A stretch of 64,000 bases of DNA from Diadema antillarum (lineage: Eukaryota), in contig NW_027272628.1 of assembly GCF_040938485.1 (NCBI RefSeq), forward strand, positions 1 through 64,000, read 5' to 3'. Shown piece by piece: positions 50,301 to 62,300 of the stretch. The notes under the pieces were generated by a model. It made no database searches. It was given only the letters and a program-made list of their open reading frames with translations, and was not told where the DNA came from. Within the stretch, counting starts at the first letter, position 1, and every line of letters begins with the position of its first letter. The position numbers and the translations under genes are program-made.

Positions 50301-53167
50301 AGGAATGGGAAAAATAAAAGATGAAGAGGAGGAGCAGGAGGGGAAAAAATGAGAATATATGTGAATTTTGACCATTGTCACTGTTTCCTGAAATGATGTG
50401 AAATTTTGAAAATCCTGAACAATCCCTTTTCTTATGCCCAATGAAATGTCTGTGATTTGTGGGATTTGAAGTGGGATGACATGAAGTGACATGAAGTGAC
50501 ATACTGACCGTAAAGCTGAGAGAGGAACTGTAGCATCACTGCTGAGAATGACTCCTCGTTCTTTTTAAAATGAATTGTCAAGAACCTACCCTGTTTGCAA
50601 GTGTTACCTTTATCTATAGGCTGAAAATCATTGTCATGCCATCTTGTTATTACTACCATATTTTCTGTCTTGCTTGTGGAGTTTGAATCTGAAGTTGAGT
50701 ACAGCGTACAAAAAATTGTATCACAGTCGTCTGTCCATTCCAGTGAGTGAGGGAACACTGTTTGTATGGTCACTCATAACTGAAGGGTCAAAAAATTTAT
50801 CCTTGGGGCAGCCATACTGTAAAATCTGAATGTTTTGCTGTAGGGAAAATTGTCAAGAATTTTTCTAATCACCAGATGAATAGGATGCGCACATTTCTTT
50901 GGGCAATAAAAACTTTAATACAGAAATTTACTCCTTCAGAATTATAGCCATGCTCACTTTAATTTGCTCATTACGAAGAGTTAATCATACAAAAGTTTCC
51001 ACTTTAACAGTGGTTGGCCCGTATGGTAATACAGTGTACCTGGAATATTCCAGAATTCACCAGTTATCAAATATAAGGTCAAGAATGGCCCAAGATGATA
51101 AATACCTGTAAAATTTTAAAGGACTTTGCTAGAACTTTCTACAAGTTTTTAGAAGTAAATAGAAATCATGACACACTGTTTGTAAAAGGTGAATAAGTTG
51201 GGCTGAGGTGGCAATATTCTTGAAAGTTGTTGACTATCAATCACAAAAATTATACGGATACTATAGTGTAGAATGATAACTTTTGTGGGCTTTTGTTTGC
51301 ATTTCTTTAAAGAAGTGAATGAAATGAAAATGAAAACAAAAAGTGAAGTAAGTAGTAGATAACTTGTTTGATTCGATCACTTAAAAACTTGTAGAATTCA
51401 TAAAAATATAATAATCCCAAATGATATTACATAAATATGAAGCTAGTGGAACTCCAATAATGACATTGCAATTGTCTTTTACTAATGAACCTGGTTACAG
51501 GATGTGGTTAGAGATTAATTATTCATATTACATACAGTCTGTATGATTATAAAGGCAATCTTTATGTGTGAGCCTATAACATCAGTGGTTTTCCTCAGCC
51601 ACATATTCAGCAATACACCATTTCCATTATCAATAGAAAAATCCTGGACTGGACCAATGTTGATACAAATTGTATACACCTACTTTGGAAAGAAGAAGAA
51701 AAAAAAAGATGAAGGAGAAGAAGAAGAAGAGGAGGAGGAAGAAGAAGAAGAAGGAAAGAAAGAAAGAAAGAAAGACACTGTCAAGTATTTGCTGTCAACA
51801 AGGAGAGCCAGTCTACTTGCTTCAGTAAGAACATTAAAGACCACATAGTTATTGTTGGTATGGAGTCTGCTGGTGTAGACTAACTCTGCTTGCAGTTGCC
51901 AGGTAACAGAGCTATGCACTAAGGTATGCTCCCTGAGTATACAATGGAAGTACTATGCAGTAGCAGTAATGCATGAGAGTGGCGGAGACAACTAGTGGTG
52001 CGTGAAGTGCCTTTGGAATATTGACTAATTAGAGGCATCAGAGATGTAATATGATGAATTGTTTATGGTGGACCTGCCCATTTTTGTGCGGGTGATAGCA
52101 AAGGTGAAGATGATGACCAAAAATATAGTAAGCATGGGAGATTTCTAAGTTGAATAAAGTGATGACAAACATCATTTTGATGATGGATGTATCTGGCTTT
52201 CTTTTGGAATATCCATACATCTGATTGTAATGTGTCATGATGGATGACAATTTAAGGTACCATAATCCTTGTGTTGTTTCCTACATTTGATTACAATGTG
52301 CAGCTCCCCTTCCCTCCCCCCCCCCCCTGGTTTTGACCTATTTGGTATGAGTGTCTGTGATCTAAAATATTACCATGGGTGCTGGAGGATACAGTGTATA
52401 CCTGTATACCACAGATTGATACCAGTTACAGGGGGTAGAAATACACAACCTTTTGTGTTGTTGAATCAGTAGTCATGGACACACGACCATCGGAAGAAGC
52501 GTACCAGCATTTTGAGGGGAGGATTAAGGTATATTTATCATGAAGCTCGTCAATTTTTAAAATCCAATTTACAAGACAAATGGAATTGTGCAATTTAAGA
52601 TAATTTTGATGTTGAGAAAAAGGGGTAAAGTTGAAATTGAGTGATTTTTGTGACATTGTACATTGTGAGCATACTTTGGCCATGATGTTTGCGTGATGGC
52701 TGCGATGGTTATTTTGAGTAACAATGCATCATGTATACCGTATCCTTGTACATAGTGATTTACATCGTACTTCTTTGTTGCATACATTGTATTTTAAAAG
52801 GATAAACATTGCTGATGCTTCTTTTGAATTGTCAATTTGTTCTTCCAGCAAAAACTGAAGGAGGAGCGGGAGGCCAAGCGGGCCCAGCTGGATCCCCGCC
52901 ATGAGTTCGTCATGGAGGCGGTGGCCAACTCCCTCCTCCTGGAGAGGGCGGATGTTGAAGATGCGGTGCTCGAGGGGAACAATGTAAGTTGGCTTTACAC
53001 CCATCTGTGGTGGTTTAATCTTCCCTTTAGGGAGGATTGTTCAAAGTCTGGTATGGCATAAAGTTATAATACACACCTTCACATACCGTGTTGATCCTCC
53101 AATAGGAGAGTTTAAAGGCACAATATCATCACCTCATCCAATTTGCATATGGTTGTATTTGGAATAT

Positions 53168-53242
<75 letters not shown>

Positions 53243-53339
53243 GCTTAAACATTTGTCATTCTATTTTGTGTGATTTTACTCTTTATTTAAGAAAAAGTTC
53301 AATGTGAAATAAAGAGTTTTCTGCCAATTAAACCTATTG

Positions 53340-53371
<32 letters not shown>

Positions 53372-56300
53372 TATTATTATTATTGTTATTATTATTATTA
53401 TTATTATTATTTAAGCTTATGAAGCATTACTTGTACATTGATTATGTTTGAGAATATCATTATCAATTATGATATTAGAGATGTCTTGATAAACACTTTG
53501 AGCATCATAAGATTGAGGTGCATTTTGTCACTGGTGATTGTTTTCTGGAAGGGGTGACCAGCACTGCCTCCCACAGTGTTTATGCTATTAGAGTCATTTT
53601 AGGGTAAGGCTGCCGTCCGAAATGAGCGTACAGTGCCTCTGCTTGATTGTTGCAAAGATTTCAGCACCTGCCCCTCTTGATGTTGCTTAGAGTGCTGGCT
53701 ATTCACTCTCCCATTCAAACGCGAGCTGTTTTTCTCCCTTCAAGATAAACCAATAAGATAAATCCATCTGAATGCAGCATTCTCTCATTTGGCAGAACAG
53801 TGACAGGTGCATGCGGGCATGATGAATAACCAGGATCCTGTATTGTTGATAGAATTTGATTGAATTAAAACTCTGCGAGTGCGAACATTTCCAAGTGAAT
53901 TGAGAGGCTGCTTATCAGGAAGAAAGGAACCAACTCTGTATTAAAAAAATTTGCCATTTTATCAATAATTCAAGAGTTTGATGCAGTTTTGATTGTTTTG
54001 TTTGATCGTGAGTGATCGTCAGAACAGAATTGCAATGCTCACTATACATGTAAAACATCTTGCTAGTGCCATGCAGTATTACACAAATCCATTCTCCCCT
54101 TGCTGCCAGCTAGACTTGAAAATGATTTAAGGCAGAATAAAAAAACAAACAAATCATTTGACGTTCAAGCTGCTAAAATTGCACATTATTTAATGAGACC
54201 TTCTGTTAACGAGCACCCTGCTTAATAGCACTTTAGTGCAACTGATCACAATAACATTTCTAAGGAGGCTCAGAGCATAGTCCAAGCCACTGACTCTCGA
54301 CTGGGTGGTCTGTGGTTCAAATCTGCTGTTTAGCAGCAGGTGTGCCTTCTAGGCAAGACACTTCTTTCCTCACTGAAATATCACCCAGATAGGACTTGAA
54401 ACCTTAGTCCTGTGATTGCTCTGTTCAAAGCATTTGATTTCTTCCTTAGTGGCTGTGAATCCAAATTCACCTTACTCAGATATCTCGAATGATTCTGAAA
54501 ATATCATAAATATAACCTTCTTTGTATTTCTTTATATTGTATTCCAGATTGACAAAATGACAAAGTTCTTTGAGACAGAAACCAGCACCCATCTTATGTT
54601 TTTCTACCAGGAGCCAGACACAGGAGAAAGTAAGTGTACAGATAAACACAGAGATGAAATCTAATATTTTTATTGCAAACTAATGCTGTTTGAATATTCT
54701 AAGTAAATTACATTTACATGAACTTCAGGTAGTGCTACTTTAGTTCAAAGAGATTTATTCAATAACGTGATAAATGCATCTCATGTACTGTATACGCCAA
54801 ATATTTTGCGAGGTTTTTATTTTTGTGAATTAAAAACACGCAAAAACATTGATTCTGATCCAGACGTGAATGTGATGTGCACACATACATTTTACTGTTC
54901 AGTACTGTGCTCCCAGATCACGAATTTAACCACTCACAAAATCGTTTTAAAGTCCTGATTCACAAAAAATTAGACTTGCTAAATATATGGCGTACTGTAC
55001 GAGCTGAAATTTTCGCGGTGGTTTTATTTTCGCGAATTTCGCGAATCGCCTTTGAACCGCAAAAATAACAGCACGCGAAAATAACAACGCGCGAATAGCT
55101 AAGTTCAGTTCGACCCTCGCAACAGCGAAATTAACAACATGCGAAAATGTCCTCCATGTAGCAATTCGCGAAAATATCTCTACGCGAAAATTTCAGCTCG
55201 TACAGTATACAATAACTGACATACATGTGTAAAGGATAGAGAGATGGACTGATAGATATTGGGCAGATGGTGGATAGATAGAAAAAGAGAAAGAGAGAGA
55301 GAAAAAAAGGGAGAGTGAGAGACACCACCACCACCACAGTATGGCATGTATTATGGATGAATACACTGTTACATCAGTTGTCAAATATGCCCACAGTTTT
55401 GCCAAGACTAACCTCAGATTGACAGTTGGAAAACTGGTACATATATCACATTACAATTTCATTCTGCCAAGATACCATGATCAAGATCATGGCTAAGATG
55501 TTCTCTCTTATGTATTTTCTTTTCAGATGGCCGTCATGCATGGATGCAAGACAGTCAAGGTAAGATAAAAAGGTTGATGTGGGAACACCCCAACATCACC
55601 ACAACAAACAATAGTTTGTACTATTTTGCGCAATTAATTCTTCCTTTAATACGCGTGGTAACTTCTATTAAAGATAAAACAAAAAAAGTAGACTTGACTG
55701 TCATATTCTTTATGTCGTGTTGTGAAGTAAGAACTATACTTTCTAAAAGACAAGTCTTTTTTTGGCAGGCGGTCAAATTCATGGTGATCTCCTGTATCTT
55801 GTGATTTATCTCTCCTGAATTGTGGCGCACCTGCACTGAAATTCTCTGTCAATACTTCGTCCCAATCTTTTACCTCCTTACAAAGCAGCAGAATTCAGTT
55901 GAGAGTTAACAGATAAAAGGAAGTCTAAACAGCCCACTCATGCAAGTAAAGACTTGTGATGGAAAGCAACAAGTGACTATAAACTTATTTCTCTTACCTC
56001 ATATTTCATTTTTTCTGTGACTCTTGTTAATGCACCACTCCATTTAATAGAAGATGAGAGATGTCATATAGGCCTGTGGCAGAACACACATCATGTTCGC
56101 CTTTCTTATGCCTCCCGCAAGAGTATTTGGAATGATTGAATGTTGAATATGACATTACTGAATAGACCCGGTGAATAGGACAGGGAGACCAGGTGTCTCA
56201 TACAGTAGTACATCTTGTATTGGATGAGTGGGTGGTATTAAAGTCTACGCCAAGCAAGTGTGCCTCAAAGAACTATTACGTCAGTCTGCATGTAAGTCCT

Positions 56301-59300
56301 TGTGTCACCTGCTTTGAAATACAATCATTCACATGATTGATTAACTCAATATCTGTCCATTCAAACAGAAAGGACGAAAGAAGAAGAAGAAAAAGAAAAC
56401 CCAAGAGAATACAAGAATATATAGAATAAAATGCTCGCTTGGAAACTGAATGAATATGCTCTTTTGTATTGAATTCAGCTGCAGATTTCTCCCGTAATCT
56501 AATGTATGTTGAAGTATTTCGTCAGTGCGGCTTACATAAATCATGGTTGGATGTAAAAGCCAGTGTGCATGCTCTGGCATTCATTGTCTAGAACACCTGC
56601 ACGTAGGCAGGAAAGAGAATACCTTAAGAAGTGTTTTCGATGCTATACCATTTTTGCTGCTTAACACACTTCAATGAACTTTTGAAAGTGGAATCTCTGT
56701 TAGTTCTTGATGATTTGAATAATGAATTTTCCAATTACAATCACACCTTTTTTGTCACAATTTGTCAGAGGCTTTTTTTTTTTTTGCTGACAGCTATGAT
56801 GTAGACAGCTGTAATTGATGTCAAAAACTTGTTAAAACTGTTCAACAATGTAAATTGTAGACATGTAAATCATAGACAAATTAGTTTTGTTTGTGAAGAG
56901 AAATAAAAAGTCCCAATCTGAAATTTTTACTTCATATGGTAAATGAAGTTACCACTCCTCATTGATTCTATGGTATGCTTGTATCATTATTTTGAATGCT
57001 GACAGTATACTGTAAAGCAAGATATTTTTGCGGCGTGAAATTTTTGCGAATAGGAGCCGATGCCTTTTGCACAGCATGAAATTTGTGTGAATTGCCAGTG
57101 GCATTCAATGCATACTTTCGCATACATTTTAATTTCGCAAATTTTAGCTCTTGTGAAATCCGCAAAATTAAAGAGCATGCAAACTTTTTTTGGTTTTACA
57201 GTATACTCTCTGAGCCAAAGTCACGTTTATGAATTTACTTTTTGACGCTGGAAAGTTTTGCAAAAACAATGGCCTCCATAATTCAACTATTAATTGCTAA
57301 TTGTGTTGGAATGCTTCAGTGAGCTGCAACACTGACCAAGAGTTACATACTAGTTGCTAATCTTATTAGAATTTTGTCTTCATGGTGGTGTTTCTGTACT
57401 TGATATGAATATCTGATGAATAGGCGAGCCAATGAGACTGGGTCCCCAAGGCACCAAGGCAAAGAGCAACAAGCCCAGGGTCTATGTGACCGACGGAAAG
57501 GACATCCCACTCAACGGGGTCTGTGTGTTCTTCCTTAGAGCCAATGCCAGCAAAGCCATAACAGAAGAAACCATTCACAAGGTATGCTCCCTCTCACTTC
57601 TCACCCCCGATTATGAGTATCGTATGATACCTTCTAACTCAGTGCTGAGAAAAAAGAATCACAGAGGTGTACATATAGCACTTCTGTATATGAGGTATTC
57701 GCTACGCTGCAGAAAGTGGCTGCAGTATTGCACACTACCTGTTCTTTCCCCTCGCTGGTAGATAATATTATGTACATAGTGGCATATTCAAATTCACAAT
57801 ATTGCCTGGCCTTCGTGCTAGGGCTGGTACTGGGATATATTGCCTCGCCTACAGTAACATCTTGCACTCATGTTTGACTAATTATGCAAGTTTATCCCAG
57901 CATGTGCATGTGCAATCTAAGATCACCCACTGGGCAAATAATATCAGGTACAGTGTATTTTGTTCTGATAGTGCCCAAAACATTTTCTTTTGCAATATCT
58001 CATGATAGAGACAGTCAAGTATATTGAAATATTATGATCATCATCAAAGTTTTTAATGTTTTGAAGGGAACACATTGCTGATAATGAGAATCAGGTGATA
58101 TACGAAGCATATGTGGGTGTATATAAAGACAGATGCTTAAAAAAAAAATCGCTCACTTATAAAAGTTCTGTCATGACGCAAGGTGAACTGATGTCTGATA
58201 GATATGGCAAGGCATGATACAATTACAAATGTGAACCAGAACTGAAATATGAATTGTGACTACAAGATGTAGATGTTGGACGTCCTTTGTAAATGTTGTG
58301 TTGCAGTAGGTTTTGAATTTCCTCTGTGTTCACCTTGATATGACTCCCTTTGACCCCGCCCACAGGAACTGATTTTCACAGTCCTGGACACAAACGGGAT
58401 CGGTCTCCTCAATGCGGTGGAGAAGTACCTGGCTGAGATCATCATTCCCTTTCTGCGTACCAACACCAACGGATGGGGGCAGCTTGGCTCGGCAGCAAAC
58501 CATCAGGTACGACTCTTTCAAACTGATGGAAGCAGCTTGTTTAAGAGTTTGCACAGTCAGGCAATTGGCACATTGTGTGCAGTGTTGCAGTCTAGAAAGA
58601 TAGGCAGCACAATGAAAATCCGACATCAAGTGAAAATGCAAGTCACAAATACACTTTCCCTTGGAGAAGATTCCCACCTTCTGTGATGCTTTGATTGTGT
58701 TAGCAACTACTGCTCATTTGACTCAAGTTATCACAATTTTCTAAATCAGACAAAACACATGTACTGATACAGGTTACATCATACTGTAAAAGCTGTTATT
58801 TTCATGTACAGATATTTTTTCCAATGAGAAGATCACAGACATTTTTGCAAGAAGTTGTATTTGTGGTTTGTCACCGAGGTCATTGTAAGTGCTCTAATGC
58901 CTATCCATTCCGCAAATTTAATGCCTTCGAGATTAGGTGGTGATATTTTCATGTGTTTTAAATTCGCAGCCCCAAAATGGTTTGTGAAATTCACGAAAAT
59001 GAAATCCTCACAAAAATATCAGCTGTTACAGTGGTTGTCAATTGTTAATGCGTTCATCAAGATTTCATTTGATTGATGATGGAGCAAACTTGTGGTGGGA
59101 AGTACTTTAGGTTTATAAAGTGTATTGAGCTGTTATAGTTAGAGTTTTCTTTGCCTTGAATCTCTGTCAGGCCCGCCATGATTTCCTACTTAGCCTGGAG
59201 GCCTTCGTGTCGATCCTTGGCGGGGCGCAGAATTCCCTCGGGGAACGCATGGAGCTGAAGAAGTGCCAGACGTACGACGTGTCCCGCCTGACCAAGCCGG

Positions 59301-62300
59301 CTGACTACATGGCTGTGGCCAACAGCACCCATGACCTGGAGAAAGTGGAAGACATCATGGCCGTATGGATCAAACAGATTGAACAGGTGCGGCTCACATT
59401 CACTGACAGATGACAATCAGGATTTTTTTTTATCATTCATGGAATGCATTAGAGCATGAATGTGGCAAGAGTTGAAATCATATGTGATGATTTGGTTTGC
59501 AGTTTTTGGCTTGATATGAGTGATAAGGGTTGTTTATACTAAGCAGTACAGAGAAATATACATAGTCTTTTGTCAATATCATTTAGCATGAAGATGTCCT
59601 ACACATCATAGTATATTTATTGAAGTTATGTTTACACACATGGCACATGCATCTTCAAAAATATGTGATAGAGGCATGCAAAGGATATTGAATTATTCTG
59701 AAATTCTATGATGATGCATTATGTTTACAAAGACCTGGTCATATATGAGTGACATGAGACACATACTAATTGACAAGGAGCTTAATTTGTAACTTTTGTC
59801 ATCTCTCCAAGTGAAGTTGAATCACTTATTTGTAGTATCAAATATGTCAGGAACTTATTCACAATTGTAATAATGAAGTTTTGTTTGATTTTATGTGTTT
59901 GCAAAGTGAGAATACACAGGATTAAATAGCCAGCCCTTGTTCAGACTGCAGTGCAAGTCAAGGATGCTATCACTTTTCCGTTGTCGTACACTCTCTTCCA
60001 GGTGCTAGCCGAGAGCGAACAAATGCGCAAGGAGGCGGACAACATCGGGCCGCGGGCCGAGCTGGACCACTGGAAGAAGCGCATGTCACGCTTCAATTAC
60101 CTCTTGGAGCAGATCAAGGGGCCGGAGGTCAAGGCAGTGCTAGGAGTGCTGCAGGCTGCCAAGTCTCGTACCCTCAAGGTGAGTGGTCACAGGAGCTCAA
60201 GGTGGCCCTTTCTCATCTTCCACTGTATCTAACAGATTATAAATCTTTATTCATTTATCTTTTATCTATTTATTTATTTTTTGCGGTCAGGTTTACCCTT
60301 TACTAATCACTTGAGGTATAGGCCTTTGAATCACATCAGTATGTATGGCATATTGTTCAGATGCTATTCTTGTGAGATAACAGACCAAGTTATTCTATGA
60401 TATGCAAGTATGGCATTCAATTATAAATTGATGAAAAATGGCAGAATGATTGACACAACTGAGAAAGTGTTTCTAGTCTCTGGCATGTATTCACTTGAAT
60501 TCATTAAAATGTACTACTAAGAGCTTGCATATCTTTTAATTTGAAATATAACAAATATCTCTTAACATGATTCAAATTTTGTTCCATAGAAATCATCATC
60601 GAGTATGAAAGAAATAAACGAATGTTTGGTAGAGAACATTACGTACTTGATGTAGAAAAGGCTTGTTGTGGAGAATTTGACTTCTGAATCTGACTTCCTA
60701 TATTTTCCAATTCCTGTTTTTGTTCTTTGCCCCTGCAGAAATGGATGGAGTTAGACCGTCGGATCACAGATGCAGCCAACGAGGCCAAAGACAATGTGAA
60801 GTTCCTCTACACACTGGAGAAGTTTTGTGATCCTCTGTACAACAGCGACCCGGTAAGCATGTGTACACACCTTATTGTGCTGTTTTGTCTTTCTTCTTCA
60901 TACAAAGATGGACAGAATATGATAGCAACCATTCAAACCTCTTCACCAGCATTTTTCATGATATTTTGATCATTATCAGCAGGTGTTTTTTGTACGTTTG
61001 TTTGTTTTTGTTTTTGTTTAACCAGCCTTTGACAAGCAGGCCAATGTTGAAAACAACTGGTATTCAATGCTCATGTGTAAAGCAGTGTGTTTTGCTTCTT
61101 TTTTTGATGGTGTTGATAGCAGTCATCAGCAGTAATAATTTATCTCAATCTGATAGTGACAGATATTACTTTATTCAACACTATGGCGTTGCTCTTGTGC
61201 TATGAAACCTGTGTCATACCCTTCAAGAGCTATAGATGTTTGCAGGTGATACACTATATGCACCATGTTGTAACCCTCCTTCTTGCAGTCAAGTAAAGCA
61301 CTGAATATGCATGAAAACATTGACCTCTGATTTCCTCCATGTGGTCTCTGCATTGTCCATTCGTGTAGGTTGGCATGGTCGAGACCATCCCTGGGCTGAT
61401 CAACTCCATCCGCATGATTCACAGCATCTCCAGGTTCTACAACACCTCAGAGAGGATGACTTCTCTCTTCGTTAAGGTGAGAGAGAGTCAGGGATAATAA
61501 TACGGTGGACTCCCGTTATGACGAAGTATTCTTCGGGAACAGCATTTTTCTTCCGCTACTAGTATATCAAAATTTCGTTAAAACCGAACAAATAAACAGT
61601 AAAAAACATATCGCGGGTATTGTTGCAGCCTGAATTTTTACTTCCTTGTAACTGGAATTTCATTATAACAGTGTTTGTTTTAACAGGAGTGCACTAGATG
61701 AGTCAGGAATAATGATATTTTTTTTCTCTAGTGGTAAAGATAGTACCCAAATCCTAGTGAGGTAGCATAATGAGTTACAGCTAAGTGCATCGGCACATAT
61801 AGGATTAAATCATGTTCATTCAAAACTGTGAATAAACTAGAGTGTCTGTTTGGAAATTGTGACTGCAGGTGACCAATCAGATGATCACGTCTTGCAAGTC
61901 CTACATCACCTGCGGCGGCTCCATGTCCATCTGGGAGCAACCGCGCAACGAGCTGATCCCCAAGCTCAAGAGCTGCATCACCCTGAACCACGAGTACCAG
62001 CAGTCCTTCCAGAAGACCAAGCAGAAACTGGAGAGCATGCCGTCCGAGCGCCAGTTTGAGTTCTCCGAGATGTACATCTTTGGCAAGTTTGACACCTTTG
62101 AGCGCCGCCTGGTCAAGATCATTGACATGTTCGACATCATCGAGCGCTACTCCCATCTGGCCGACTCGCGAATTGAAGGTGAGTAAAAAGAGTTGCAGAG
62201 TTTCCGCCTTCATAGTGAAATCAATAATCATATTAATGCTTACAGCATCCTGTGACGTATTCCTTGTCCTATAACTTTCACTTGACATGATAATGCACAG

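Noticed and set aside
61728-62288. 186-aa antisense ORF overlapping a dynein exon
   Set aside because: An antisense shadow of a GC3-rich coding exon (61869-62178), with no independent support.
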